From positions 10,986-74,985 of the forward strand of contig CAWHMU010000018.1 of assembly GCA_963830365.1 (NCBI GenBank): DNA of 64,000 nucleotides, read 5' to 3'. The DNA comes from an uncultured Chlamydiae bacterium. GTDB taxonomy: Bacteria; Chlamydiota; Chlamydiia; Chlamydiales; Parachlamydiaceae. Shown piece by piece: positions 45,129 to 55,901 of this stretch. Numbering within the stretch: the stretch's first letter is position 1; the number at the start of each line of letters is the position of its first letter. The position numbers and the translations under genes were made by a program. The notes beneath the pieces were generated by a model, which made no database searches, was not told the origin of the DNA, and saw only the letters and a list, made by a program, of their open reading frames with translations.

Positions 45129-47090
45129 TCAGTGAGCTTCGGCAGGTTCTGCCCAGCGCCCCTGCCGCTTGATCAGCTCTATTAGCCGATCGTCGGCCGC
45201 GGCAAAGCTGATATCGCGCTCGACACATTCCTTGCCGATATATAAATCGATCATGCCTGGCTTTGAACCCACATAGCCAAAATCGGCATCCGCCATTTCG
45301 CCTGGGCCATTGACAATGCACCCCATGATGGCAATCTTCACCCCTGGCAGATGGGCCGTGCGGGCTTTGATGCGCTTTGTCACATCCTGCAAATCGAACA
45401 GCGTGCGCCCACAGCTGGGACAGGAGATGAAATCCGTTTTAGACATGCGCATGCGGGCGGCCTGCAAGATGCTGAAACTCAACTGGCGCAGGAACTCCAC
45501 CTCATAAGGCCCTTCCAACCACAAGCCATCTCCCAAACCATCGCATAGCAGGCTGCCGCACTCAGCGCCTGCGCGGATGACGACATCTTCCGGCGCACAA
45601 TCATAGGCAAAATTCAAAATGACGGGCGTCTTGATATCTCTTTGCTTCAGCCACTCAAAGAAATGGCGCGCCCGGTGCAGCCTATCGCTGCCTGGACTCA
45701 GCATAAGCACACTCGGCCGCAACTGTTCCAGCTGCATCCACTCATGGGGGCCTTCATCGCCAAGTCGAACTGCCAATGGAGAGGCCTCAGTTTTAGCCAG
45801 CCTTAAGGCAAATCGTTCGACATTAGCCTCCTGCCGCCGCGCCTCACAGGCCTCTGTCAAGTTCATCACGCGCACAACGCCTTCGGTAGGCGAACTATCC
45901 TGGCAAAACACCCCCACGCCAGCCGCCTGTATCTGCAGCAGCCGCCGGCGCAAAGGCGCTTCACTTGGTAGCGTTGGCAATGCAATGCTATCGGCACTTG
46001 CCACCGTCACTTTAAGCTGGTCCCCTTTATCTTCACAGCCTAGGCTGTTAAATAACTCCTTTCCCGCAAGCTCCCCTTGTGCCAGACTGACGATGACGGT
46101 GCCGTCACGGTGCATGCCTACGTTGCGCGGCAGCACCACACTGCGGCGCTGGATATTGTCTATATGGCGGTGGACTTCAGTGAATGCAGCCCCCCGCGGC
46201 AGGGCCGTATAGGCTTCTCCCAAAGCGATAAGGCGCTGGCAGGGATCGATCTCGCACCAGGCATCTTCGGTCAGCGATACGCGAATGGTATCGCCGATGC
46301 CATCAAGCAAAAGCGCCCCTATGCCCATCGCCGATTTGATCCGTCCATCTTCCCCCTGTCCCGCTTCAGTCACCCCCAAATGCAAGGGGTAATCCCAGCC
46401 CAGCTGGTACATTTCGGCCACCAACAAGCGATAGGCATGCACCATAACTTGTGGATTGGATGACTTCATCGAAAATAGGAAATCGTGATAATCGTTTTTG
46501 CGGCAGATGCGGGCAAATTCAAGCGCCGATTCCAGCATCCCTTTAGGCGTATCGCCATAACGGTTCATGATGCGATCAGATAAGGATCCGTGGTTAGTGC
46601 CGATGCGCATAGCGCGTTTCAATCGCTTGCATTTCTCCACCAGCGGCGTGAATTTCTCTTCGATCTTCGAAAGCTCGGCGGCATATGAGGCGTCGTCGTA
46701 GGTGATCACTTTGAAGGAAGCGCGCTTATCTACAAAGTTGCCGGGATTGATACGGACTTTATCGACGAAATCGATCACTTTCATCGCTGCCGGCGGATAG
46801 AAGTGTATATCGGCCACTAAAGGTATCGTATAACCTTGCTTAAGCAGCTCGTTTTTGATTTGCTCGCAGGCTTCAGCTTCTTTCATGCCCTGCACGGTGA
46901 CGCGGGCTATCTCGCAACCGACATCGGCCAGCCTGATGATTTGATCCACCGTGGCCTTGACATCGCGCGTACTGGAAGTCGTCATCGATTGGATGCGTAC
47001 AGGATTTGCTCCTCCCACACCCACCCTGCCGATCAGAATTTCACGCGTGAGCCTGCGCCTGGTATGATCTATCGCTTCACAATATTGCAT
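45129..47090 (-). CDS. ispG: (E)-4-hydroxy-3-methylbut-2-enyl-diphosphate synthase, long plant/chlamydial type
   Basis: IQSMTT, PLVADIHF, RINPGN, RIGTNHGSLS, PLHLGVTEAG, SCPSCGR and MGCIVNGPGE motifs. Confidence 0.96.
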   Translation of the reverse strand: MQYCEAIDHTRRRLTREILIGRVGVGGANPVRIQSMTTSSTRDVKATVDQIIRLADVGCEIARVTVQGMKEAEACEQIKNELLKQGYTIPLVADIHFYPPAAMKVIDFVDKVRINPGNFVDKRASFKVITYDDASYAAELSKIEEKFTPLVEKCKRLKRAMRIGTNHGSLSDRIMNRYGDTPKGMLESALEFARICRKNDYHDFLFSMKSSNPQVMVHAYRLLVAEMYQLGWDYPLHLGVTEAGQGEDGRIKSAMGIGALLLDGIGDTIRVSLTEDAWCEIDPCQRLIALGEAYTALPRGAAFTEVHRHIDNIQRRSVVLPRNVGMHRDGTVIVSLAQGELAGKELFNSLGCEDKGDQLKVTVASADSIALPTLPSEAPLRRRLLQIQAAGVGVFCQDSSPTEGVVRVMNLTEACEARRQEANVERFALRLAKTEASPLAVRLGDEGPHEWMQLEQLRPSVLMLSPGSDRLHRARHFFEWLKQRDIKTPVILNFAYDCAPEDVVIRAGAECGSLLCDGLGDGLWLEGPYEVEFLRQLSFSILQAARMRMSKTDFISCPSCGRTLFDLQDVTKRIKARTAHLPGVKIAIMGCIVNGPGEMADADFGYVGSKPGMIDLYIGKECVERDISFAAADDRLIELIKRQGRWAEPAEAH

Positions 47091-47147
47091 GACTGCTGTC
47101 CCCTCTTCATTAAGATAATAACTTCACAAACACGCACAGCCGTTTGG

Positions 47148-47280
47148 GGCAAGGGATTGGCATTTGAGGATTGGGGTCTGGTTTGTGATTTGAAACTTCT
47201 ACCATGCATTTCAAGAAGTCTAACTCCTTTCAAATCGCAAATTGCAAGCCTGATCTCAGTCCCTTCAGCCGCCCTTTGCC
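47148..47280. repeat. Family F palindromic element
   Basis: GGTCTGGTTTGTGATTTGAAA...TTTCAAATCGCAAATTGCAAGCCTGA. Paralogous to 33889-34009. Confidence 0.7.
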
Positions 47281-47433
47281 ATGCGCTTTTGAAAACTTAC
47301 GATTTTATAATCAGGCACCTATTATTTGCAATCCCGTTTTGTAATAATGTAAATTTAACAAGCAATTTGACTTTATCTTTCAAATGCGTTATAAATTACT
47401 TATTAATCTACAAACTTTATTCATTGCTTTTAT

Positions 47434-48900
47434 ATGAAAAACTCCCCTATTCATCCCGTTTTGACTTCTAACTTGCTAGACTCCACCTGTCTGGTTCCAG
47501 ATAGCCAGATTATCGACAGTCCCTCCCGCCTGCTTGCCCAAACATCCGGCTGGCAACAACTTTTCTTAGGGAAAGATAAATCTCATCCGAATAACCGGAT
47601 CACTCATGCTGTAAAAGAATTCTTCCAACAACGCTACGATTTTCATCAGAAGGGCATCTTCAAACGCACCTGGAGAGCGCTTCAGATCTATAAGAAATGG
47701 AATCCCGCCTCACTGCTGACTCTCGGCAAGCTACGCGCCATCGATGCCATCTTCAAAAAAAGGCTCATCTATCATGGACCAGGCATCATGCCACCCAAAG
47801 ACAATCTTCCACACGCCGATGCCACCATCAAAATGGTGGTCCGCTCCCTGCTGCATGGCGGCAGGACTTCCTCTTCAAATATCTCCAGCGCCGGTATCAA
47901 GGCCCTATTTCTCCAAAAAGATGAAACCCTCTTGCACGGCTTCCGCATGGAACTGCAACATGAATTGGACAATCTGGTCGCCACCACCCCCAAAAATCCT
48001 CAAGAGGAACTTCTATGGCGCGCCTTCCTCGGCAATGTCGTCGCACTTTTGCCTTATACCTATCCCCATAACGACGATGCCTTCCACATCCCCATCCTCA
48101 GCCATGGCGTCTGCCGCCGCGTAGAATACAAAATCCATGTCATGCCCCTTTCCCTGACCTCGCTATCATCCCCGATGACCGCCTTGGGCCTCACCCCTCT
48201 AAACGATGCTGAAGCGCCGCCAATGCTGGTATATATAGGCACCACCTACCCCGCCGGAGAAGGTTTCGCTACCACCGTGCTGGCAGATTTCACCCCCAAC
48301 CATTCTGTCGGCGAAGCCGTTTACAAGTGCAATCAAACACAGATTGACGCCTGGCTAAAAGATAAGACCGGTGTGCACGCCATCGGCGCCAGTTTAGGCG
48401 GAGCCTTAGCCCTACATACCCTGCGCCACCATGCCGATAAGCTCAACCGCCTCGACGCCTATAACCCGCCGGGCCTTTATGAAAACTGCTGGCAGAAAAA
48501 AATCGACACCACCTGCAAAGTCAATATCTACCGGCAAGCCGGCGATCTGGTCTCGGAATTGGGCTTTTGGCCCGACAGCGAAAACGTCTCGCTCTATGCC
48601 GTCCTATCCCATCAGGAGAATGTCTCAGAAGACATCCTAAATTCCCACGCCCGCGCCTTCACCGGTCTTAAAGAAGTCACCATCTTAAAACAAAGTCCCG
48701 ACATAGAGAATAAATCCTTTTTCCGACGACTGCTCACCAAATTACACCAATGGCTAGGTCCCATCCTGGTATGGCTGCCGATACGGTGCTTTTTGATCCT
48801 CCGCTGGCTGCTGACCGGCCTGTACCACGCCATCAGCACCTGCTGCCTTGCGCTTAAAGCCCGCCTTTGGACGCATCAATCCCGCACCAGCCCGCACTAA
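47434..48900 (+). CDS. Alpha/beta-hydrolase (lipase-like) protein with a C-terminal hydrophobic segment
   Basis: GASLGG nucleophile elbow, GDLVS and SHA. C-terminal WLGPILVWLPIRCFLILRWLL. Confidence 0.7.
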   Translation: MKNSPIHPVLTSNLLDSTCLVPDSQIIDSPSRLLAQTSGWQQLFLGKDKSHPNNRITHAVKEFFQQRYDFHQKGIFKRTWRALQIYKKWNPASLLTLGKLRAIDAIFKKRLIYHGPGIMPPKDNLPHADATIKMVVRSLLHGGRTSSSNISSAGIKALFLQKDETLLHGFRMELQHELDNLVATTPKNPQEELLWRAFLGNVVALLPYTYPHNDDAFHIPILSHGVCRRVEYKIHVMPLSLTSLSSPMTALGLTPLNDAEAPPMLVYIGTTYPAGEGFATTVLADFTPNHSVGEAVYKCNQTQIDAWLKDKTGVHAIGASLGGALALHTLRHHADKLNRLDAYNPPGLYENCWQKKIDTTCKVNIYRQAGDLVSELGFWPDSENVSLYAVLSHQENVSEDILNSHARAFTGLKEVTILKQSPDIENKSFFRRLLTKLHQWLGPILVWLPIRCFLILRWLLTGLYHAISTCCLALKARLWTHQSRTSPH

Positions 48901-49089
48901 TTCAACGCCAAGCGTGACAGTTCCTTCGGCCCCCTATCGGGAAAGAACAATATGTCAAATTCTCATTAAGATCATGGTATAAACACTCCTTATGTTTGCG
49001 TCTCTGCGTTTGACTGGCGCCAAAAACCAAGATTAAGAAGGCTTATGCATTCCCATTGTCTCTTGGGAACATTCATTGTATCAACTTTA

Positions 49090-49120
49090 ACGCAAAGACG
49101 CAAAGACGCAAAGACGCAAG
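49090..49120 (+). repeat. 8-bp tandem repeat ACGCAAAG, about 4 units
   Basis: ACGCAAAGACGCAAAGACGCAAAGACGCAAG, with an inverted partner TTTGCGTCTCTGCGTT near 48995. Confidence 0.75.
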
Positions 49121-49269
49121 CACCAAAATATAGTGATGACCGTTTTTGCGGCTTGTCCCTTTGCGCCTTGACGCTCTTTTTCATTGAATCTAGAAACGGC
49201 AGTTGAATCGAATGCTCAGTCTATTACCTTAGCATATTGATATAATCAGGCCTCCGCCTTTTCTTCCAC

Positions 49270-49298
49270 TTGACAAAACCAATACATCTTCCTATGCT
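49270..49298 (+). promoter_or_regulatory. Putative sigma70/sigma66 promoter of clpB
   Basis: TTGACA-N17-TATGCT, about 40 bp upstream of the start. RBS GGAGG follows. Confidence 0.65.
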
Positions 49299-49338
49299 GG
49301 CAACTTCTACTATAGACTGAAAGAACAGGAGGATAGTG

Positions 49339-51933
49339 ATGAGTCCAAACTTCACCGATAGTGCATCAAACGCCATCCAACAGGCTTTTACCGATGCCCA
49401 GCGGCGTCAAAACACCGAAGTCACCGACAATCATCTGCTACTGGCCTTCCTGCAAGAACCTGAAGGCTATTTCAATTCCATCCTGACAAGCCTCAACGCC
49501 AAACCCGCCGCGCTTATCCAGAAGGTAGAACAGGAGCTAAGCCGCCTGCCGACCTTCAGCGGACCAGACCAGCCACCAGCCACCGCTCGCAGCCTGCAAA
49601 ATCGTATCGCCGAGGCCCAAAGCATCGCCCAAAAGTGGAACGACTCCTACATCAGCAGCGACCACTTCCTACTCGCCTATTGGAAAAGCAGCAGCGAACC
49701 CTTTTCACAATGGAAGCAAAGCACCGGCATCACCATCAATCAACTAGAAGAAACCATCAAAAAAATCCGCGGAGACCGCCATATGGATTCCCCAAGCGCC
49801 GAAGCCAGCCTGCAGACACTGGAAAAATTCTGCAAAAACCTCACCGCCTTGGCCCGCGCCGGCAAACTAGACCCCGTCATCGGCCGCGATGAAGAAATTC
49901 GCCGCACCATGCAGGTACTCAGCCGCCGCACCAAAAACAACCCCATGCTCATCGGCGATCCTGGCGTCGGCAAAACAGCCATCGCCGAAGGCCTGGCCCA
50001 ACGCATCGTGCAAAATGATGTCCCCGACTCCCTGCGCAACAAGCAACTGCTGGCCCTCGACATGGGCAGTCTGGTGGCCGGCACAAAATACCGCGGCGAA
50101 TTCGAAGAGCGCTTGAAAGGCATCTTGCAGGATATCGACAAAAGCGATGGCCAGGTTATCCTGTTCATCGATGAGGTGCATACCCTCATCGGCGCCGGCG
50201 CAAGCGAAGGCTCCATGGACGCGGCCAACCTGCTCAAACCCGCCCTTGCCCGCGGCACCCTGCATTGCATCGGCGCCACCACCCTCAACGAATACAAAAA
50301 GTATATCGAAAAAGATGCCGCCCTGGAACGGCGCTTCCAGCCCGTACTCATCAATGAACCCACCCTCGAAGACTCCATCGCCATCTTGCGCGGCCTGCGC
50401 GAACGCTACGAAATCTTCCACGGCGTGCATATCACCGAATCTGCCATCCATGCCGCCGTCTTTTTATCCTATCGCTATATCACCGACCGCCAGCTGCCGG
50501 ACAAAGCTATCGACCTCATCGATGAGGCCGCCAGCTTGATCCGTATGCAGCTGGGCAGCCGTCCATTGCCTATCGATACCAAGGAAAGGGAGCTTGCCTC
50601 CCTGATCGTAGAGACCGAAGCCTTAAAACGCGAAAATACCGCCAACTCCAAAGCCGCGGCCGCCAAGCTCGAAGGCAAAATCGCCCAAATCAAGGAAGAA
50701 CTCTCCGTCCTGCGCCACCAGTGGGAACAGGAAAAGAAGCTTATCGAAAGCCTAAAAGAAAAGAAAAACACGCTAGAACAGCTGCGCTTCCAGGAAGAAG
50801 AATACGAACGCAAAGTGGACTACAATAAAGTCGCCGAACTGCGCTATCAAAAGATCCCTGAACTGCAAAAAGAAATCGAAGCCACCCAGAAACAGCTGGA
50901 TGAAAAACCCAACCGCCTGCTGCAGGAAGAAGTCGATGAAAACCTGATCGCTCAAATCGTCTCCAAATGGACCGGCATCCCGGTAAGCAAAATGCTGGAA
51001 GGCGAAGCCGAACGCCTGCTGCATCTGGAAAAGGAACTGGAAAAACGCGTCGTCGGCCAAGATCTGGCCGTCACCGCCGTCAGCGAAGCCATCCGCCGCT
51101 CCCGCTCCGGACTCAGCGATCCCGGCCGGCCTATGGGAGCCTTTCTTTTCATGGGACCAACCGGCGTCGGCAAGACGGAACTTGCCAAGGCCCTGGCAGA
51201 GCAGCTCTTCAACCAGGAAGAAGCTTTGATCCGTCTCGACATGTCGGAATACATGGAAAAACATAGCGTCTCCAAGCTCATCGGCTCCCCACCAGGCTAT
51301 GTGGGCTATGATGAAGGCGGACAGCTCACCGAAGCCTTAAGACGCCGCCCCTATGCCGTGGTGCTGTTTGACGAAATCGAAAAAGCCAACCCCGATGTCT
51401 TCAATATCCTACTGCAGATCTTTGACGACGGCCGCATCACCGACAGCAAAGGGCGCACCGTCAACTGCAAGAACGCCCTCTTCATCATGACCTCAAATTT
51501 AGGCTCGGACCAGTTGCTTGAAAGCATGGAACACAGCCGCACGACACTCACTAAAGAGACCCTGATGGCCATCCTCGATCCCATCATCAAGACGCATTTC
51601 CGTCCGGAATTCATCAACCGTCTGGATGACATCCTGCCCTTCCTGCCGCTGCGCAAAGATGACATGCAGAAGATCGTCGAAATCCAGCTCGACCACCTCA
51701 TCAAACGCCTGCGCGACCGCCAAGTCACCCTAAAATGGTCTAAAGATGTTGTCAGTCACCTGGCAGAGGAGGGGTATGACCCCTTCTTCGGCGCACGCCC
51801 GCTGAAGCGCCTGATCCAGCAGGACATCGTCAACATGCTTTCGAAAGCTATCCTCGAAGGGAAAATCCCACCCGGCAGCACTGTAGAAGTTAAATACGAG
51901 AAAGACGCCTTCAGCTACGCCGTGCACAAATAG
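49339..51933 (+). CDS. clpB: ATP-dependent chaperone ClpB
   Basis: Two AAA+ modules (GDPGVGKT and GPTGVGKT), a coiled-coil M domain, RLDMSEY and GARPLKR. Confidence 0.96.
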   Translation: MSPNFTDSASNAIQQAFTDAQRRQNTEVTDNHLLLAFLQEPEGYFNSILTSLNAKPAALIQKVEQELSRLPTFSGPDQPPATARSLQNRIAEAQSIAQKWNDSYISSDHFLLAYWKSSSEPFSQWKQSTGITINQLEETIKKIRGDRHMDSPSAEASLQTLEKFCKNLTALARAGKLDPVIGRDEEIRRTMQVLSRRTKNNPMLIGDPGVGKTAIAEGLAQRIVQNDVPDSLRNKQLLALDMGSLVAGTKYRGEFEERLKGILQDIDKSDGQVILFIDEVHTLIGAGASEGSMDAANLLKPALARGTLHCIGATTLNEYKKYIEKDAALERRFQPVLINEPTLEDSIAILRGLRERYEIFHGVHITESAIHAAVFLSYRYITDRQLPDKAIDLIDEAASLIRMQLGSRPLPIDTKERELASLIVETEALKRENTANSKAAAAKLEGKIAQIKEELSVLRHQWEQEKKLIESLKEKKNTLEQLRFQEEEYERKVDYNKVAELRYQKIPELQKEIEATQKQLDEKPNRLLQEEVDENLIAQIVSKWTGIPVSKMLEGEAERLLHLEKELEKRVVGQDLAVTAVSEAIRRSRSGLSDPGRPMGAFLFMGPTGVGKTELAKALAEQLFNQEEALIRLDMSEYMEKHSVSKLIGSPPGYVGYDEGGQLTEALRRRPYAVVLFDEIEKANPDVFNILLQIFDDGRITDSKGRTVNCKNALFIMTSNLGSDQLLESMEHSRTTLTKETLMAILDPIIKTHFRPEFINRLDDILPFLPLRKDDMQKIVEIQLDHLIKRLRDRQVTLKWSKDVVSHLAEEGYDPFFGARPLKRLIQQDIVNMLSKAILEGKIPPGSTVEVKYEKDAFSYAVHK

Positions 51934-51959
51934 CCTAAACCATCATGCAAGGAAATGTC

Positions 51960-52295
51960 ATGTCGGAATTCATCGAGATCCATTGGACCAGCGGCAGCAT
52001 CGACGAGGCGCGCAAGGTAGCCCGCTACCTCGTGCAGGAAAACTATGTCGCCTGCGCCCAGATCGTACCGTGGATCGAATCGATCTACACATGGAATGGA
52101 CAGCTCGAGACCACGCAGGAAAGCAAAATCGTCTTCAAGACGCGCCGCGACAACTACGACGCCATCAAAAAAATCATCATGGAAAATTGCAGCTACCAGG
52201 TACCGGAAATCTCCTACCACTTTATCGACGGCGCCAATGAAGAATACCTGCAGTGGATGCGCGACAGCACGAAAGAGACACAAAGCCTCAAATAG
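51960..52295 (+). CDS. cutA: Divalent-cation tolerance protein CutA
   Basis: LVQENYVACAQI..IESIYTWNG...YQVPEI. Confidence 0.9.
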   Translation: MSEFIEIHWTSGSIDEARKVARYLVQENYVACAQIVPWIESIYTWNGQLETTQESKIVFKTRRDNYDAIKKIIMENCSYQVPEISYHFIDGANEEYLQWMRDSTKETQSLK

Positions 52296-52530
52296 ACTCT
52301 CGCATGAGCTGTTTGATCTTGGTCTGATACGGAATACCTTCAAGACTGGCTTTCTGCTGGAAGGCCTTCAGCAGCGAGGGTTCAACCTTTAGGCTAATCA
52401 GCTGGCATTTCTCAGGCACTGAGGCCACAAGCTCACGGTAATTCTCAAGAAATTCAAGAATCTGATCCGGCGTCATGCCTTTACACCGCTTAAGATACTC
52501 TTCTGTAAAATATTGAACCGTTTTCTTCAT
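52288..52530 (-). CDS. Ribbon-helix-helix CopG/BrnA-like antitoxin-type protein
   Basis: LISLKVEPSLLKAFQQKASLEGIPYQTKIKQLM. 4-bp ATGA overlap with the upstream gene. Confidence 0.65.
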   Translation of the reverse strand: MKKTVQYFTEEYLKRCKGMTPDQILEFLENYRELVASVPEKCQLISLKVEPSLLKAFQQKASLEGIPYQTKIKQLMRESI

Positions 52531-52985
52531 AATCCCTCCAATGCCTTCACGTCTGACAAATCCTGGGGACGTCCCGAGGCCTTTTTCATGGCGATCAAAT
52601 CATCCAGAGCTAAAATCTTCAACTGGCCGCCAGCGGTCTTAATCGTTTTTGTATGCGCATTCTTCAGGTCATAGGTAACGATAAGATCAACCTGTCTGAG
52701 CGGGTTGCTAGGATCATAAAAATTCCAGCCTATCAGATGCCGCTCGCGGATGTAATCATCTCTAAAATGAAACAGATTTTTTGCATTTATTGGGATTAAA
52801 GAAACAAGTCCCAGCTCTGTCAAAGCTTTTTCGGCCTTTTCAAGGTTCTTGAGAGACCAGCGAATGACAAAATCCACATCAACGGTCCCTCTCACAGCAC
52901 CATGAAGAGCCACAGCATACCCGCCTACGATGGCATAGGGTATTTTATATTTATTAAGGACCGCACAAACCTCGTGAATAAACAT
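52527..52985 (-). CDS. Nucleotidyltransferase (DUF6036/AbiEii-like)
   Basis: YAIVGGYAVALHG..RGTVDVD and LIAMKKASGRPQDLSD. Confidence 0.8.
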   Translation of the reverse strand: MFIHEVCAVLNKYKIPYAIVGGYAVALHGAVRGTVDVDFVIRWSLKNLEKAEKALTELGLVSLIPINAKNLFHFRDDYIRERHLIGWNFYDPSNPLRQVDLIVTYDLKNAHTKTIKTAGGQLKILALDDLIAMKKASGRPQDLSDVKALEGL

Positions 52986-53001
52986 AGCAACCTGCCGTTT
53001 G

Positions 53002-53028
53002 TATACCTAGGTATATACCGGTATATAC
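53002..53028. promoter_or_regulatory. Overlapping perfect palindromes, candidate operator
   Basis: TATACCTAGGTATA (53002-53015) and GTATATACCGGTATATAC (53011-53028), 16 bp upstream of the nucleotidyltransferase start. Confidence 0.5.
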
Positions 53029-53138
53029 CACAACTATTTAATCGTCAACCGTCAGAATTTCTTAAGTGGATATTCGATAAGAACATAAGGTATACCATGC
53101 CCTTTAGGTTCCTTGCATTATCTGTTGATAACTAATGC

Positions 53139-54230
53139 TTATTTTCGGGCATACTCAGCCTCGAGCCAATCAAAAGCCGGTTGTGGGACACCCAGATACT
53201 GTTGCATGATCTCTTTAATGGCGACAAGGCCATTGGCGCTATTGGTAAAGATGATGAGGCCTCGCTTGCCGCCTCTAAATCCTACCACATAGCTTTTAAA
53301 CCCTGTATTATCCCCCCAATGCCAAAAGGCATCGCCTAGCTTAGTGCGTTGCACTCCCCAACCCAATCCCCATGCCATGGTATCTGATAGAACGTCTGAA
53401 CATTTGTCGATAGTATTTATGGCGTCTGCCTGGACCCTTATTTGTGGTCGGAGCATTTCATCGATGGTGTCAGCTTTCAATCCTATGCCTTTCATGAGCG
53501 CGATCACAAATTTTGCATAATCCAAGGCGTTGGTATGCAGTGTGAAAGCGGCATTAGCTTGTTCTGTGTAGTTTGCAAGCGGCGTGCCATCCGCTACATG
53601 ACCTGCGGCTTTTGAACTGTCATTTACCCAGATGAAGGTACTGTGATTCATCCCCAAGGGTATGAAAACAATTTTGCGCAGGTAGTTTTCTAAAGATAAC
53701 CCCGAGATATGCTCAATGACGTGCTGCAAATAGAGATAGCCTTCGCCGGAATAACTGAAGCGTTCATTTGGCTGAAAATAGATCTTTAGCGGTTGATTTT
53801 TAGGCCTCCAATTTGGAAAGCCGCTGGTATGTGACAAAACCATGCGCGCGGTGATTCCATCGAGTCTTTTATCATCTTTGATATCGGGATGGGGAAGATA
53901 GTCCACCAGCGGCTGGTCGAGATTTAATTGACCGCTTTCCACCATCTTCAGCACGCCGTAAGCAAAAACAGGCTTGCTAAGCGAGGCGGCTTCAAATAAG
54001 GTGTCGCAATTAATAGGACCCCCGATTTTTGAATTTTTAACCCCCAACTCCATATGCCAGACCACCTCGGCATTTTCAATGATCACCATGGAAAGTCCGG
54101 GGATGTTCTTTTCTTGCATCACCATTTCCAGCGCCTTCTTACCGGGGAGATTTTCCACGGCAGCATCCAGATGGTTTCCTTGCATCCATAAGCATAAAAT
54201 AATGATCATCACTGTTTTCAGCGGTTGCAT
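53139..54230 (-). CDS. Serine hydrolase, beta-lactamase class C/AmpH-like
   Basis: Signal peptide, ASLSK (SxxK), LSHTSG, YSG and HWGD motifs. Confidence 0.88.
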   Translation of the reverse strand: MQPLKTVMIIILCLWMQGNHLDAAVENLPGKKALEMVMQEKNIPGLSMVIIENAEVVWHMELGVKNSKIGGPINCDTLFEAASLSKPVFAYGVLKMVESGQLNLDQPLVDYLPHPDIKDDKRLDGITARMVLSHTSGFPNWRPKNQPLKIYFQPNERFSYSGEGYLYLQHVIEHISGLSLENYLRKIVFIPLGMNHSTFIWVNDSSKAAGHVADGTPLANYTEQANAAFTLHTNALDYAKFVIALMKGIGLKADTIDEMLRPQIRVQADAINTIDKCSDVLSDTMAWGLGWGVQRTKLGDAFWHWGDNTGFKSYVVGFRGGKRGLIIFTNSANGLVAIKEIMQQYLGVPQPAFDWLEAEYARK

Positions 54231-54296
54231 ACCCCTCCAGACTTTGGTTGACGAATGTACTCTCTTGGCGGCTTTAAGGATTACTCTATATCGGAT

Positions 54297-55343
54297 TCAC
54301 TGGTTGCTATCCTTGAAGTTCTCGTATGCCAGCGGAACGGGTGGATCTGCCGGCTCTCCTAAATCATCAGCATGAAAAACCAAGTCTAGCGTAGTGACGA
54401 CGGCACTACCCGCAATAGCGAGCGCCGTGCATGCTACTCCTGTAACGACTCTGGCAATAATTTTTGAAGAAACTGCGCCGGCAACTTTTTTGGCAAGAAT
54501 CGCCTCACTAGTTTTAACAACATTCGCGGCGTCGACATATTTTTTAAAAGCCACATTTTCAGTAGCCATAACTTTGCTGCTGAGTTCTTCATAGGCACAT
54601 ACTGCAGGGGCGGTCTTTACGCTTGTAATTTCGTTTAGGGAAACAACCGAGGCTTTGGATGCCTCTATAAAGAGTTTCTTTTTTGTTTTTTCAGCCCCTG
54701 CTTCCACCGCCTCACGCAGTGCTACCGTTTCTGAAAGATCCTTCCATCTTATAGTACAGATCCCTTTAGCTTTTTCTAGATTTCGAGTGGCCTTAACTAT
54801 TTGATATTCATTCACCTTTTTTTGAACCTCCTCGCCCAGCAAGCCCCCTAGGGCAGCCGCTCCCCCAATGACAATTTTTGTCGTGGTGCTGGTTGAAGAT
54901 TCTTTTGCCGAACTACTTGCCTTGGCAGCAGCAGGTCCAAAACCATTAAAATCAATCGCGTTGACGGCAGTTCGGATTTTGGCATTAAGAGTTTGCATCT
55001 TTTGCATCGTCGCTTGCTTGTTTTGCTGGTACGATTGGCAGCCTTCAAGAAATGCGCTCGATGACAGTTGAATTCTATCAAAGGCGCGATCTGCTTCACG
55101 GCCGATTTCTGCCGCCGAATATCCCGAGCGGCCCATATTTGCTAATTTGTCGATGGTCGATTGCGAAAGCGATCTAACATGTTTTGAAAATTGCTCACGA
55201 TCAGACTCTGACAGCTCTTTGTCCGCCCGGCTTAGCCAGTATTTTTTGACGGCTTCGATAGAAACAACTCCTTGCTCCACGGTCTGAAACTGCAGATCCG
55301 CAGCAGGTTGAAGAGAGCTTGATGAACCAGTTACTGCACCCAT
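54297..55343 (-). CDS. Hypothetical effector-like protein D2 (paralog of 57759-58451) with hydrophobic segments
   Basis: N-terminus MGAVTGSSSS. AVKKYWL...SAAEI...QLSS..F matches D1. Hydrophobic IIARVVTGVACTALAIAGSAVV. Confidence 0.7.
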   Translation of the reverse strand: MGAVTGSSSSLQPAADLQFQTVEQGVVSIEAVKKYWLSRADKELSESDREQFSKHVRSLSQSTIDKLANMGRSGYSAAEIGREADRAFDRIQLSSSAFLEGCQSYQQNKQATMQKMQTLNAKIRTAVNAIDFNGFGPAAAKASSSAKESSTSTTTKIVIGGAAALGGLLGEEVQKKVNEYQIVKATRNLEKAKGICTIRWKDLSETVALREAVEAGAEKTKKKLFIEASKASVVSLNEITSVKTAPAVCAYEELSSKVMATENVAFKKYVDAANVVKTSEAILAKKVAGAVSSKIIARVVTGVACTALAIAGSAVVTTLDLVFHADDLGEPADPPVPLAYENFKDSNQ

Positions 55344-55367
55344 GGAGATCCCTTTTTTGTTGATTGA

Positions 55368-55898
55368 TTAATCATCATTCTTGACAGCACTAGCAGTATA
55401 AGCGCTGGCCAGTTTGCCGCCAATACATGTCGCTTTTGGCGGAACGTGGCTGGGCGGTTTGTTCAGCTTTTGCGTCAGGGCCGCTAGACCATTTTGCAGA
55501 GCTTGCTTTTGAATTTTCTTGCTGTCGAGCTCTTGCTGCCCTTTCTGTATTACCTTTGTGAATTCAGCTTGCGTCTTCTTTAAGGTTTCAAGCGTCTCTT
55601 TTAGATTTTCATTTTGCGACCGGGCGGCATCTAGACTGTCTATCGCTTTAGCTTCTTCAATAAGCGCATTGACAGTAGCTTCTACCTGCACCTGCCTTTG
55701 GATAAGCTGTGCGGCAATCTCGTTTGTGCGCGCGGCGAGGGTTTCTCTTTCTTGCATGACGGCTGTCTGCAATATGTCATCCGGGCAAAAGCCTCTGCGG
55801 CGCATCCTGACAAAGTTGAGCCGGCTTTCGATGGCGCTTATGCGCTCATCGCCAGCCACTGCTTTGCGCTCACCATCGGCTGCTGGTACTGAACTCAT
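55368..55898 (-). CDS. Coiled-coil hypothetical protein F
   Basis: Heptad-rich 176-aa ORF starting 3 bp after the upstream gene. Confidence 0.7.
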   Translation of the reverse strand: MSSVPAADGERKAVAGDERISAIESRLNFVRMRRRGFCPDDILQTAVMQERETLAARTNEIAAQLIQRQVQVEATVNALIEEAKAIDSLDAARSQNENLKETLETLKKTQAEFTKVIQKGQQELDSKKIQKQALQNGLAALTQKLNKPPSHVPPKATCIGGKLASAYTASAVKNDD

Positions 55899-55901
55899 TA
55901 T

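Noticed and set aside
49297..49323. CIRCE (HrcA) operator upstream of clpB
   Set aside because: CTGGCAACT-N9-GACTGAAAG is too far from TTAGCACTC-N9-GAGTGCTAA to support the call.
49740..51927. Multiple minus-strand ORFs within clpB
   Set aside because: Antisense shadows caused by codon bias of the real gene.
53139..54230. Bona fide beta-lactam resistance gene
   Set aside because: The SxxK family fold is clear, but YSG/HWG variants are typical of esterase/peptidase members. Resistance cannot be inferred.
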